From assembly GCA_050015515.1 (NCBI GenBank), contig JBEKBG010000001.1:6028-70027 (forward strand): DNA of 64,000 nt. The letters are read 5' to 3'. Shown piece by piece: positions 1 to 9,344 of this stretch (position 1 is the stretch's first letter; each line of letters opens with the position of its first letter). The notes under the pieces were generated by a model, which saw only the letters and a list, made by a program, of their open reading frames with translations, did no database searches and was not told where the DNA came from. Origin of the DNA: Minisyncoccia bacterium. Its GTDB lineage: Bacteria > Patescibacteriota > Minisyncoccia > UBA6257 > 2-01-FULL-56-20. The position numbers and the translations under genes are program-made.

Positions 1-717
1 GTAGATCGCCCGATACGAATCGGTGACGAAGCAGTCCTGCAAGCCCGGAGGAAGCGGTATGCTGATGGAAAATGGAATGGGCCCTGTCGCTTTGAACCAT
101 GCAGCGATCCGACCGCTTAATTTTCCCAAGGGTCCTGTAAGTCCCCGCGCGTGGAGTTTGTTGATCCGCTCGCGATCATCGAACGTAAGCGGACGATACG
201 CCTCAAGGTTTGAGGAATACAGTTGCACGCCCACGGCCCAACCTTCAGCCGCTTCGAAACGATACAAAAGAATCGTATCGAAATGAGTGTCGTTTTCGTC
301 GATCAGCGGCTGGTCGAGCGTGACGAGGAAGCTGTCGAACGGCCAGTTCACTTCGGACCAACGAATGCCGTCGAGCGACGTAAGAGAGAGCAATGTAAGC
401 AACTCCTCGGTCAGGTGGAAAACCCGCCGTGAATTTCTGCTCCACTCACTTAGCCCAAGCGGAAAATTATGCAGTGGCCCGAAGGCGACGCCATGAAGAT
501 ACTTCTCGTCAATCTCATCAGCGGAAGCTCCGCGCAAGAGATCGCCGCGAAAATTATTCCAGTTGATGACAGCTCCTTCAAGCGGGGTGGGCTCGCCTTC
601 GATCTTTTGACCGAGGGTAACGAGCATCCGCTCAAGATGAGCCAAACGATTGGTCATGAAGCAGGTGTCCTCCCAAAGCCGCAAGGCCTGATCGAGACGC
701 CGCACGAGAAACTTCAT
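1..717 (-). CDS. hypothetical protein (3' end runs off the window)
   Basis: Uninterrupted minus-strand reading frame from ATG (complement of 715-717) to position 1, >235 codons (MKFLVRRLDQALRLWEDT...). GGAGG Shine-Dalgarno 5 nt upstream (complement of 722-726). Absent from the ORF track because there is no stop in the window; the listed plus/minus fragments here are shorter and lack signals. Confidence 0.55.
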   Translation of the reverse strand, partial: MKFLVRRLDQALRLWEDTCFMTNRLAHLERMLVTLGQKIEGEPTPLEGAVINWNNFRGDLLRGASADEIDEKYLHGVAFGPLHNFPLGLSEWSRNSRRVFHLTEELLTLLSLTSLDGIRWSEVNWPFDSFLVTLDQPLIDENDTHFDTILLYRFEAAEGWAVGVQLYSSNLEAYRPLTFDDRERINKLHARGLTGPLGKLSGRIAAWFKATGPIPFSISIPLPPGLQDCFVTDSYRAIY

Positions 718-774
718 ATTGCCTCCGCGAATCTGGTGGATTTTTGAATCAAGAAACTGGCATGATTATAGCAT

Positions 775-803
775 TTGACGGCTAATTTGTAAAGTGGTAT
801 AAT
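775..803 (+). promoter_or_regulatory. sigma70-type promoter TTGACG-17 bp-TATAAT
   Basis: -35 TTGACG at 775-780, 17-nt spacer, -10 TATAAT at 798-803. AGGAGA RBS at 845-850 precedes ATG 857. Confidence 0.5.
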
Positions 804-856
804 CTCCGAGGAATTAGAGCTCTCGGCACCTTACCAGTTTCATTAGGAGAAATCTC

Positions 857-1420
857 ATGCGGATGGGAATGGGGACGTACTGTCGCCCGATGCCTGTGTT
901 ACGCCTCGAGTTGAGGCCGCGCTGTGGCACCTGCTTGCAACGTTTCGGCGAGGATCAAAAACCCCGTCGTCGCGATTGGCAAATCCAAGACCTCGAACGT
1001 CGCGGAAATGCAATCTATCAACCCTGCTTGGAATGCGCTAAGGCCGTTCCCAAACCCGAGAGCCGCAGATACCGGCAACGCGCACGAAAGTTCGCTAAGG
1101 AACTTCTCGGCGAGAAAACTGCCAACGAGCAGCGGCTCAAGGAGTTTGAGGCGAACAAGGACTGGCCAGCCGATACCAAAAGCTTGGTTGGCGTCTACTG
1201 GGTCCGTGATTGTCCAAATTGCGGCGACCTCATGGAAGCCAATCTCGGCGACTACTTCGAGTGCGTCCGCTGCCGCCTCCAGATCTGCATCGCTGGCGAG
1301 GTCAGAATTATTCGGCACAAGGGCCTCGGATTGTTCAGGAGGGAAGGCGTCGAAGCCAAGACATTCCCGGTACCCCAAGACGTTTGCGGGATGATCGCAG
1401 TCGACGAACGAGTGGCATAG
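857..1420 (+). CDS. hypothetical double zinc-ribbon protein (four CxxC pairs)
   Basis: ORF with textbook promoter and RBS. CxxC motifs (CGTC, CLEC, CPNC, CVRC). Competing antisense ORFs lack signals. Confidence 0.6.
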   Translation: MRMGMGTYCRPMPVLRLELRPRCGTCLQRFGEDQKPRRRDWQIQDLERRGNAIYQPCLECAKAVPKPESRRYRQRARKFAKELLGEKTANEQRLKEFEANKDWPADTKSLVGVYWVRDCPNCGDLMEANLGDYFECVRCRLQICIAGEVRIIRHKGLGLFRREGVEAKTFPVPQDVCGMIAVDERVA

Positions 1421-1441
1421 TCAGAACCATCAGCAAGTGGC

Positions 1442-1480
1442 GGGCGCAGTTAATATCTGCGACCCGCCATTTTTTTATTA
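1442..1480 (+). terminator. intrinsic terminator (GC hairpin plus T7 run)
   Basis: GGGCGCAG..CTGCGaCCCG stem followed by TTTTTTT at 1470-1476, downstream of the 857-1420 gene. Confidence 0.4.
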
Positions 1481-1494
1481 AGATCTTCAGTTAT

Positions 1495-1530
1495 TTTTAT
1501 AAAAATAGGCCCCGTTGTTTCACGGGGCCC
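1495..1530 (-). terminator. intrinsic terminator for the convergent minus-strand gene
   Basis: GGCCCCG (1508-1514) / CGGGGCC (1523-1529) stem. A-run on the plus strand gives a U-run on the minus transcript, directly downstream of the gene ending at 1574. Confidence 0.4.
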
Positions 1531-1573
1531 TCTTGAATGCCTTGGGTCAATCTTTTTCTGGCGACCTGGCACA

Positions 1574-2737
1574 TTAGTGTTCTGAATACGACACCTTCCT
1601 CTGCCGCGGCAAAAATCGTAGATGCCGCTTCTCTTCATCTATCAGAAGAAAAAGTCGATGTTCTCTCCCTGCGCGAACGATTTTCCATCCCAGCATTTCT
1701 TGGTCTATCATGACCCTTTTTATCTGCTGACGCTGGGCGGTTTTCAATCTGGTAACCATCATTAGCTGGCTATACACTTTCGCTGTAGGAAGGTTGGGAT
1801 AAGCTGCCCTTTCCAAAGCGGTTTGAAGACATGCCAAGAATTTTTCCTTTTCCGTAGGCAACTCCTGGCCTTCTTCGTTTTCGTTGAATGTCAACCAGAA
1901 TCTCCACGCTGGCATCGGAACCACAGCACGTTCCTCTACTGAAGCGACAGAAACACGGGACCGCATGCGACGCCGCTTACCGTTGCCCACTTGAGTGTGA
2001 TCCAAAGCGGGCGATGGCGGGAACAGATCGATGAGATTGTCAGTCGGAAAACGAACTTGATACCGACGGACAATATCATCCTTGTAGGAAGGCCCGTGTT
2101 TCAAGACCCATTCCAAATGGCCTCGACTTTGAGTCGACCACTCCACCTGATTGGTGCGGTGTTCCAGAACCTTGCCCTCTGCTTGGCGGAGAGCGTCCTC
2201 AAGACAATGCCGCACTTGGCGATAATGTTCTTCGAGCTTCTTAATGCTCTCATTCACTTCGTCAAACGCCCGCTGTCTTTCTCGTTGCTCACTCTCGGCC
2301 TCGGCCTCCATTTGTTGGTAGAGTTTTCCCACCTCTTCGATGGGTGCCTCGAGCTCAAAGACCATTCTTTTTTCCTGCCCCCGTATGTACTCGGGAGCAC
2401 CGAGCTTTTCGAGCGTTGCAAGACGTTTTCGACGCTCACCTAATTGACGGGCGATGCCTTGCTGTGTACCCAGATCAGTTAAGGCCCTCCTTCTTTTTAG
2501 GGTGCGCTGATGTCTTTCGCTTGTTGCTTCGATGTCCTCCTTATGGAAGTGAATCGTGCTGCCCAACCGCGCGGCCTCGTCTTTGAGTTTCTGTTTTTCC
2601 TCAAGAAGCTTTTTCATTTCCAGCTCTTGTGGCAAAGAAGAAAGCTTCCGTCTTAATTGCTCCGCCTCGCCCATAAGTCGTTGCCGCTCATGCAAGAGGC
2701 GTTCCCACTCGGGTAAAAACTGCTCAGCGGTGTCCAT
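1574..2737 (-). CDS. hypothetical coiled-coil protein (387 aa); start moved to the internal ATG with strong SD
   Basis: Track ORF 1574..2824. AAGGAGGA lies 5 nt upstream of the ATG at 2737 (MDTAEQFLPEW...). N-terminal ~200 aa are E/K/R/Q/L-rich heptad-like. C-terminal domain has no recognised family. Confidence 0.6.
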   Translation of the reverse strand: MDTAEQFLPEWERLLHERQRLMGEAEQLRRKLSSLPQELEMKKLLEEKQKLKDEAARLGSTIHFHKEDIEATSERHQRTLKRRRALTDLGTQQGIARQLGERRKRLATLEKLGAPEYIRGQEKRMVFELEAPIEEVGKLYQQMEAEAESEQRERQRAFDEVNESIKKLEEHYRQVRHCLEDALRQAEGKVLEHRTNQVEWSTQSRGHLEWVLKHGPSYKDDIVRRYQVRFPTDNLIDLFPPSPALDHTQVGNGKRRRMRSRVSVASVEERAVVPMPAWRFWLTFNENEEGQELPTEKEKFLACLQTALERAAYPNLPTAKVYSQLMMVTRLKTAQRQQIKRVMIDQEMLGWKIVRAGREHRLFLLIDEEKRHLRFLPRQRKVSYSEH

Positions 2738-2824
2738 CCGTATCCTCCTTTCTTTTGTCAAATTGCGATGCTGCCATAGCAAATGAGAGATCCCAAATCT
2801 GCTTTGACGTAAACATAATACCAC

Positions 2825-2853
2825 TTGACGTATTGTTAGTCAAATGCTATAAT
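2825..2853 (+). promoter_or_regulatory. sigma70-type promoter TTGACG-17 bp-TATAAT
   Basis: -35 TTGACG 2825-2830, -10 TATAAT 2848-2853. AGGAGG 2870-2875, ATG 2884. Same hexamers as the 775-803 promoter. Confidence 0.5.
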
Positions 2854-2883
2854 TGCCTCGTTCTTTACTAGGAGGTGCTCGTC

Positions 2884-3264
2884 ATGGATGAGCTCGATAA
2901 AGGCGTAAATCGCATAGCCAACGCAGTGGCAGGGAAGAATATCAGGGATTTGTTTGATCCCGACAGTCCCCGCCATTGCAAGAACTGCAAACAAACGGCC
3001 GATTCGGATCATGTGTTCTGTATGTGGTGCGGCCAACACAATCCCAACTTCGACCGGGAAAGCTTCCGCGATACGTACGGCACGACCAACATCGCGGACG
3101 TGCGGCTGGAAAAATGCGGAGAATACCATGCGGAAGCCATTGCCTATTTCGGCGAGGAATACAAAATGTTCCCCGATGACGAAACAGGACCATATGTCCA
3201 CCCTCGGTATTGCACTCTGTGCGGCAGAGACCTAATGCCGAAGGACTTCGTCGCCACAGCATAG
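2884..3264 (+). CDS. hypothetical zinc-ribbon protein (CKNC, CMWC, CTLC)
   Basis: ORF with promoter and RBS. The track starts it at GTG 2875; ATG 2884 has the better spacing. Cys pairs typical of zinc ribbons. Confidence 0.6.
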   Translation: MDELDKGVNRIANAVAGKNIRDLFDPDSPRHCKNCKQTADSDHVFCMWCGQHNPNFDRESFRDTYGTTNIADVRLEKCGEYHAEAIAYFGEEYKMFPDDETGPYVHPRYCTLCGRDLMPKDFVATA

Positions 3265-3372
3265 CGCCGACACTAATCTAACCCGTAGCGCAAGCTACTC
3301 GCTGACCGAGAACGGTCATTTTTTACATTCCTACCAAACAGGTTCTGACATCCTTCACCCAGGCACCCCCCC

Positions 3373-3549
3373 CTATTTCCCAATCTTCCCTTTCCCGGCT
3401 GAGCGTTTCACGCCGCCGCTTTTCATGTGCTTGAACATTTCAACCTGGCCGAGGCGATGATTCGCTTCGACTTTTGTGGCATAACTTCCAAACGAACGCC
3501 CGGTTTTCTCCGAGAGCACTACATATTTCCCTTTGATTTTTTTGATCAT
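3373..3549 (-). CDS. small basic protein, 58 aa, not in the ORF track (possible DUF2188-like)
   Basis: Minus-strand ATG (complement of 3547-3549) through TAG (complement of 3373-3375): MIKKIKGKYVVLSEKTGRSFGSYATKVEANHRLGQVEMFKHMKSGGVKRSAGKGKIGK. Starts 19 nt downstream of the cupin stop. No obvious SD. Below the 60-aa cut-off of the supplied track. Confidence 0.35.
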   Translation of the reverse strand: MIKKIKGKYVVLSEKTGRSFGSYATKVEANHRLGQVEMFKHMKSGGVKRSAGKGKIGK

Positions 3550-3568
3550 TGATGCCGCTATTTTTAGC

Positions 3569-4048
3569 CTATTCCGTCGTCTTGCCGTCGAACGGCTTGT
3601 CTCCGGCTACCGCATCTGCTTTTGTTTTATAGATAATATTTTCCTCGTGATCCGGTGGTGAATAGACGGTGTATAGCTTCATCGGATCCGTAGGCGAGGT
3701 ATTGATAATATTGTGCCGCGTCCCCGCAGGAACGATGATCGCAAATCCGTCGCCAATGGCGTGAGTCACTCCATCAAGAACCGCTTTGCCCGTTCCCTTT
3801 TCAATGCGCAGGAATTGATCAAGCCCATGCACTTCTTCACCAATCTCTTCTCCTGGAAGCAAGCTCATCAGGACGAGCTGGCTGTAATGCGCCGTGTAAA
3901 GCACCTTGCGGAAATTATCGTTTCCTTCAGCCAACTGCTCAATGTTATCGACAAATCCCTTCATTATCATAGGACTATTTATTTTCTCTTTGTTGCTCCG
4001 CTGCCTTGTCGTGCTGTCGTGCTGCCGCCTCATTGGCTTCAGCGGCAT
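3569..4048 (-). CDS. cupin-domain protein (N-terminus uncertain)
   Basis: Conserved cupin barrel pattern (GEEVHGLDQFLRIEKGTGKAVLDG ... IIVPAGTRHNIINTS). A basic N-terminal extension may be absent if the start is at MIMKGF. Confidence 0.55.
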   Translation of the reverse strand: MPLKPMRRQHDSTTRQRSNKEKINSPMIMKGFVDNIEQLAEGNDNFRKVLYTAHYSQLVLMSLLPGEEIGEEVHGLDQFLRIEKGTGKAVLDGVTHAIGDGFAIIVPAGTRHNIINTSPTDPMKLYTVYSPPDHEENIIYKTKADAVAGDKPFDGKTTE

Positions 4049-4304
4049 TTTCCCTGGTTTCGTCGGCTTGTTGATTTGCCTTTTGAGCGTCTGCGTCCGT
4101 GCTCCGTGTATCGGGCATATTATTATTTATTAGATTTATTTTAGTGGATTCTCTCCATGAATGATTCTGATCAGAAATAGGATTATGGCGGCGACAAGAA
4201 GCACATAGATGAACCCTCCTAACGTGTACGAGGTAACAATGCCCAACAACCACAGCACAAGAAGAATGACAGCGATAGTAACTAACATAGGTAAATTATT
4301 TTAT

Positions 4305-4655
4305 TTATTTTTCGTCGAGTTTCGCCGCCGCCTCAGGGGTGGAAACGGTCTTGCTCATCGTGAACAAACTCACAATGCCCCATGCGATGAGAAGGTAGAC
4401 GACCATCGCAAGGAGGGTGGTCCACTCAAAGACCTTGCCGGCGACAACGGTCGGTTGGAACACCGCGATGAAGGGTTGCGCGAACGGCCAGCTTATTGCA
4501 TAGATGAAATCGGTAAATCCGGCGCCCGCATTCGCTCCTGCGAGCCGCAAAAAGAACCGAAATGCGAGGATTATCTCAAGTAACGCACAAATGTACCAAA
4601 CGATCTGCGTCCCCCGAAACAGCGGCTTAGTGGTCGGAGAGTTGTATGAATCCAT
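4305..4655 (-). CDS. small integral membrane protein (YggT-like?)
   Basis: Two to three hydrophobic helices. Distal gene in the same orientation as the ECF sigma gene. Confidence 0.45.
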   Translation of the reverse strand: MDSYNSPTTKPLFRGTQIVWYICALLEIILAFRFFLRLAGANAGAGFTDFIYAISWPFAQPFIAVFQPTVVAGKVFEWTTLLAMVVYLLIAWGIVSLFTMSKTVSTPEAAAKLDEK

Positions 4656-4760
4656 GGTTATAAAATAAGATTGCGACCTTTTAGCTCTACTCTATAAGAT
4701 TGAGCCGTCCGGATCATGAGTCTATTACATATAAGAATCGGACCGGTGCAAGCCTAGTAT

Positions 4761-4997
4761 TTACAGGCCATTCCCGAGATCCTCGATTTCTGCTTTTATA
4801 TCCTCGAACACCGAGGCAAGCTCGGCAGGTGTCGGATTGAATCCCGGCGCGCCGTCGTTCACACGGGGAAGATCGGAGATGCTCGCATTGAGCTCATCGC
4901 TCTGTTCGGCCATCACGTTGGACATTTTTTTTAGAATCGCGGGGGTTCCTGCGACCTCCTCGACTCCCACTTCTTTTTTATTTTCGAGATTTTCCAT
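4761..4997 (-). CDS. small acidic hypothetical protein
   Basis: ORF immediately downstream of the ECF sigma gene on the same strand. No motif. Weak start context. Confidence 0.3.
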   Translation of the reverse strand: MENLENKKEVGVEEVAGTPAILKKMSNVMAEQSDELNASISDLPRVNDGAPGFNPTPAELASVFEDIKAEIEDLGNGL

Positions 4998-5069
4998 GTT
5001 TATGCGAACCGGTTTTCATGTCGCCAACATTCGCCTTATATAGCATAGGGAATCGCACGACAAAGCGCG

Positions 5070-5642
5070 TTACCGTGTACCATATAACAACCTCAATTTC
5101 TCGAGTCCGCGGTGGGCCTGCACGGCGATGGCATTCTTTGATTGCCCGGTGATGAGCGCCATCTCTTTGAGTGAAAGTTCGTACACGTAGCGCATGCGCA
5201 TCACTTTTTGATACGCAACCGGAAGCCGTGCGATCAAAAGCAGAGCCGCCTTTCCATCAAGCGCATCGTAAAAGCGTGCCGAGTTTCCCGTGTTCGGCTC
5301 GAACCCTTTTTCTATCAACACGTCGAGTGGGATTGTTTTGCGTTTCCGATATTCGTCCACGATGAGGTTATTGAGCACGTGATAGAGGAACGCCTTCATC
5401 ACATCGATCTTTCCGCCACGCACAAGATAGCTCCATGTTTTTACGAAGGTGTCCTGCACGAGATCGTTCCCCATCGCGTGGTCATGCAGCTTAAAGTACG
5501 CGTGCGCATTAAGCCCCTTCTCGAAATCCATATGAGCGAGGGTAAGCGCCGCATGCCGTTTTGCTTCCTGCCTTGGGGTCATTATATAGTAGATAAGCCG
5601 CGCAGAACTGACCATTATTACACTATTACACGTCATGGTCAT
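5070..5642 (-). CDS. ECF-type RNA polymerase sigma factor (sigma-70 regions 2 and 4)
   Basis: Region 2 (DLVQDTFVKTW) and region 4 helix-turn-helix (YVYELSLKEMALITGQSKNAIAVQAHRGLEKLR). True start probably at MTPRQEAK (5582). Confidence 0.7.
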   Translation of the reverse strand: MTMTCNSVIMVSSARLIYYIMTPRQEAKRHAALTLAHMDFEKGLNAHAYFKLHDHAMGNDLVQDTFVKTWSYLVRGGKIDVMKAFLYHVLNNLIVDEYRKRKTIPLDVLIEKGFEPNTGNSARFYDALDGKAALLLIARLPVAYQKVMRMRYVYELSLKEMALITGQSKNAIAVQAHRGLEKLRLLYGTR

Positions 5643-5719
5643 ACTGAACCTTCAGTATGACCCCTTATTGCCGCAATAGCGAATCGTAATGCTTCTAATC
5701 CTCCTGCGTCTACATAGCT

Positions 5720-6286
5720 ATGGAAACAATTAATGACGGGATAGCGCAACGGGGGGCGGTTGTCGGTGCGGATTTTTTCGACAGCCTATGGGAGGAAAGT
5801 TGGGCATATATCAAAACCGTCGTGGACATCGTGCGGGAACCCGTGCTGATCCTCGATAAGGACCTGCACGTGATGGTGGCCAACGAATCGTTCTATCGGA
5901 CATTCCAGGTGGAATCGAAAGATACCGAAAAGAAATTGGTATACGACCTCGGCGACGGGCAATGGAATATCCCCTCCCTGCGAAAACTGCTCGACGATAT
6001 CCTCCCGAAGAATACGTTCTTCAAGGGATTTGAAGTCATTCACGAATTCCCCGTGATCGGCCGCAAGGTGATGATACTGAACGCGCGTCAGATCCATTCA
6101 AAGCAATTTCCACCGATCATCCTCCTCGCGATGGAAGACGTGACGGAAATGATGGCGGTGGCGGAGACGCTCGCCGGGCATGCGAATGCCGCGGAATTGC
6201 GGTTTGCGGAAAAGACGCAAAAGCTGGAGCTTCATATCGGAAAGCTTGAAGAAGAGATAAATGAGCTGAAAAAGAGAGCAGCGTAA
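5720..6286 (+). CDS. PAS-domain protein
   Basis: PAS-fold pattern (VLILDKDLHVMVANESFYRTF...). C-terminal coiled-coil. Divergent from the ECF sigma gene. Confidence 0.55.
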   Translation: METINDGIAQRGAVVGADFFDSLWEESWAYIKTVVDIVREPVLILDKDLHVMVANESFYRTFQVESKDTEKKLVYDLGDGQWNIPSLRKLLDDILPKNTFFKGFEVIHEFPVIGRKVMILNARQIHSKQFPPIILLAMEDVTEMMAVAETLAGHANAAELRFAEKTQKLELHIGKLEEEINELKKRAA

Positions 6287-6304
6287 TCTCCGCACCCAGG
6301 CGCG

Positions 6305-6802
6305 TTATGCCGCCTTTACAAACTTCCCCACAACGACGCCGATCACAATCGCCGCACCGCCGAGCAACATCATCTTTATGGCGTGGCGCCACATCTTTAC
6401 CTTCACGATCCTCGCACTGATCATCCCCACTATCAAAAGTGCGAGCAACGACAACCCGACGGAGCACCACAACGCGGCGCTTAGCCCGAAGACGACATAC
6501 GGAACGATCGGGATGAACGACGCGAGGATGAACGTGATGAACATCACGAGACCCGCAGTGAATGGCCCCGCTTCGGAGGTCTCTCCTTTCGCCTCATATT
6601 CTTCCGCGGACTGCTCCGAGAGGAAACTTCCCACCGCCATGGAAAACGCTTCCACGAAGGCGTAGACGATGCCCGTCAGGATGATCGCATGCCGTGCCGT
6701 GCCGGCGACGTCAATGCCGGCGAGCAGGCCCACGGTGGAAACAAGACTGTCCGAAATACCAAAAACGATATTGCGGAGATAAAGCTCTGTCTGTTTATGC
6801 AT
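6305..6802 (-). CDS. VIT1/CCC1 family membrane protein
   Basis: IVFGISDSLVSTVGLLAG signature and five TM helices. Confidence 0.65.
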   Translation of the reverse strand: MHKQTELYLRNIVFGISDSLVSTVGLLAGIDVAGTARHAIILTGIVYAFVEAFSMAVGSFLSEQSAEEYEAKGETSEAGPFTAGLVMFITFILASFIPIVPYVVFGLSAALWCSVGLSLLALLIVGMISARIVKVKMWRHAIKMMLLGGAAIVIGVVVGKFVKAA

Positions 6803-6897
6803 AAGAGAAGTATATCAGGTTTACGGACTTCTTTTTGACCATCGGCGAAAATCTTTATATAATTGTAGTACATTAATTAACTTCCCGTCGCACACGC

Positions 6898-8745
6898 GTG
6901 CGCGCGCTACTCCCCATGTCCAACCTTACCAAAAATATCATCTGGGCCATCATCACGCTGATCGTCATCTCGCTCATCTTCTCGTATTTTGTCGGGCCGA
7001 CCAAACAACCGACGACGCTTAACCTGGACCAACTGGTGGCGGATATCAACAACAACCAGATCAAGCAGATAAAAGTGAACGGTGATGAGCTTAACGTCAC
7101 GATGTCCGACGGTAGCGCGGCGGTGGCGCAGAAAGAAGATGGCGTGAGCATCACCGACACGCTGAAAAATTTGGGCGTCAACCAGTCGGCGATACAAAAT
7201 GTGGATCTCGAGATCGTGAACCAGTCCGGCTGGGAATATTGGGCGGGTATCTTGATCGATCCGCTCCTCACGCTCCTTATTATCGGCTTCTTCTTTTGGT
7301 TCATGTTCCGGCAGGCAAAGACCGGCGTCAACCAGGCATTCCAATTCGGTCGCTCCAATCTCAAGCTCTCAACGGTAAAAGATAAGGTGATGTTCAAGGA
7401 CGTCGCGGGATTGAAAGAGGCGAAAGAAGAATTGATAGAGGTCGTGGACTTTTTAAAAAATCCACAAAAGTTTTTGGATCTCGGCGCGCGCATCCCGCGC
7501 GGCATTTTGCTGATGGGGCCTCCGGGCACCGGTAAGACGCTCGTCGCGCGTGCGGTGGCAGGCGAGAGCAATGTTCCCTTCTTCTATATATCAGCATCCG
7601 AGTTTGTGGAAATGTTCGTCGGCGTCGGCGCCTCGCGCACGCGCGACGCCTTCATGCAGGCCAAGCGCGCTTCGCCCGCCATCCTATTCATCGATGAAAT
7701 CGATGCCGTCGGCCGCCAGCGCGGCGCCGGCATGGGAGGTGGCAGCGATGAACGCGAGCAGACCCTCAATCAGATCCTCGTCGAGATGGACGGCTTCGAC
7801 CGTGACACGCGCGTGATCGTCCTTGCGGCCACCAACCGCCCGGATATTTTGGATCCGGCATTGCTCCGCCCCGGTCGCTTCGACCGCCGCGTCATCCTTG
7901 ATCTCCCCGACATGAACGACCGCGAGGCGATCCTCCGCATCCACAGCGAGGGCAAAACGTTAGAAAAGAACGTCGATCTCCGCCGCGTCGCGGGACGCAC
8001 ACCGGGTTTCTCCGGCGCCGACCTTGCGAACTTGATGAATGAGGCCGCCATCGCAAGCGCGCGGCACAATAAAAAATCGATCGGCCAAGCCGAACTTTTT
8101 GAGGCCGCCGAAAAAGTGATCATGGGACCGGAGCGCAAAAGCCGCGTTATCTCGCAAAAAGAAAAAGAGATCACCGCGTACCACGAAGGCGGCCACGCGC
8201 TCGTCGCCGCAGCCGTCAAAGACGCCGATCCGGTGCAAAAAGTTTCCATCATCTCGCGCGGATTCGCCGGCGGATACACCATGAAACTCCCGATGGAAGA
8301 CCAGCATATTAAAACGCGTTCGCAGTTCATGGCTGACCTTGCCATGATGATGGGCGGCCACGTCTCGGAGAAGCTCACCTTCGGCGACGTCTCTACCGGG
8401 GCGTCGAGCGATCTCAAAGAAGCGTCCGAACTCGCGCGGCGCATGGTCACAAAGTACGGCATGAGCGAGCTCGGCCCGATCGTCTTCGGCAAGAGCGAAC
8501 AGATGATGTTTCTCGGCCAGGAAATTTCCAACGACAAAAATTATTCCGAGCGCGTCGCGTCGGAGATCGATGGGCAGATCCGCAAACTCCTCATCCACGC
8601 CCAGGATGTCGCGGAAAGAATATTGAAGACGCACAAGGCCGCGCTCAAAAAGATCGCCGATACGCTGATAGAAAAAGAAGTTTTGGAACAGGACGATTTC
8701 AACGCGGTGCTGAAGCCGTTCAAGATAAAACCGATCGCTGCCTAA
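6898..8745 (+). CDS. ftsH: ATP-dependent zinc metalloprotease FtsH
   Basis: N-terminal TM, AAA Walker [18 protein letters not shown] zinc site. Start may be ATG 6916 (MSNLTKN). Confidence 0.95.
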   Translation: MRALLPMSNLTKNIIWAIITLIVISLIFSYFVGPTKQPTTLNLDQLVADINNNQIKQIKVNGDELNVTMSDGSAAVAQKEDGVSITDTLKNLGVNQSAIQNVDLEIVNQSGWEYWAGILIDPLLTLLIIGFFFWFMFRQAKTGVNQAFQFGRSNLKLSTVKDKVMFKDVAGLKEAKEELIEVVDFLKNPQKFLDLGARIPRGILLMGPPGTGKTLVARAVAGESNVPFFYISASEFVEMFVGVGASRTRDAFMQAKRASPAILFIDEIDAVGRQRGAGMGGGSDEREQTLNQILVEMDGFDRDTRVIVLAATNRPDILDPALLRPGRFDRRVILDLPDMNDREAILRIHSEGKTLEKNVDLRRVAGRTPGFSGADLANLMNEAAIASARHNKKSIGQAELFEAAEKVIMGPERKSRVISQKEKEITAYHEGGHALVAAAVKDADPVQKVSIISRGFAGGYTMKLPMEDQHIKTRSQFMADLAMMMGGHVSEKLTFGDVSTGASSDLKEASELARRMVTKYGMSELGPIVFGKSEQMMFLGQEISNDKNYSERVASEIDGQIRKLLIHAQDVAERILKTHKAALKKIADTLIEKEVLEQDDFNAVLKPFKIKPIAA

Positions 8746-8764
8746 GGAATAGAAAAAAGCGGCA

Positions 8765-9289
8765 TCACCATCGTGACGCCGCCCAGGATATCCGATCTCT
8801 CTTATCGGCTTCGATTTCAAAACGAACCCCCTCGCGATCGCGTGCTTCTTTCAGGAGATCTTCCCAAGACCAGCATCCAAAACGCGGGGGCAAAAGGCGG
8901 AGCGCGGTAGTCAAAATATTTTGTTCCACAGACAGCGGCTGCTCGGAGATCTTCGCATCCTGCTCGTACCACAGCCGTAGAGATCCAAGGATCATCATCG
9001 CCAAATCCTGATCGCTCACGAGATCAAGACGAGGCAGTGGCAATTGCTGCTCAAGGAATATTCCAACGCGCCGCCGCGATGGCAATCCTGCCTCACCTTG
9101 GATGTCAAAAATAGTGAATTCTGAGATGTCTATATTAGGCCTTGGCAACAAATCCATCGCGGCCTCAAGAAGCGTGCTTCTCACTGAGCGGCCGCATGAT
9201 ACGCCGCCCGCATCCTGAATCCCCCAAAGGAGACTCAGCGTCAACCTCGCCAGCCCAATATGGGCAAGTCCGGACAGTACCTCTGCCAT
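8765..9289 (-). CDS. hypothetical protein
   Basis: 174-aa ORF between ftsH and the tRNA. No motif recognised. Confidence 0.4.
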   Translation of the reverse strand: MAEVLSGLAHIGLARLTLSLLWGIQDAGGVSCGRSVRSTLLEAAMDLLPRPNIDISEFTIFDIQGEAGLPSRRRVGIFLEQQLPLPRLDLVSDQDLAMMILGSLRLWYEQDAKISEQPLSVEQNILTTALRLLPPRFGCWSWEDLLKEARDREGVRFEIEADKRDRISWAASRW

Positions 9290-9344
9290 AAGAGAGTCTC
9301 CTTCGCTGACTCCATCCTACCCTAAAGATTAAATTCAAACAATG

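Noticed and set aside
223-747. Plus-strand ORFs 23..286, 223..432, 287..496, 469..747 and minus ORFs 245..445, 450..635 at the left end
   Set aside because: All are short, in four different frames and without start signals. A single uninterrupted minus-strand frame with a GGAGG RBS (1..717) explains the region better.
6907-8820. Long antisense or overlapping ORFs inside high-GC genes (e.g. 7770..8537 -, 7960..8820 - within ftsH; 47390..48598 - within gspE; 27688..28866 - within the VirB6-like gene; 54482..55003 -; 63239..63877 -)
   Set aside because: Typical shadow ORFs of GC-rich coding DNA. Their translations are Arg/Ala/Pro-rich low-complexity with no motifs, and they overlap genes with strong family signatures.
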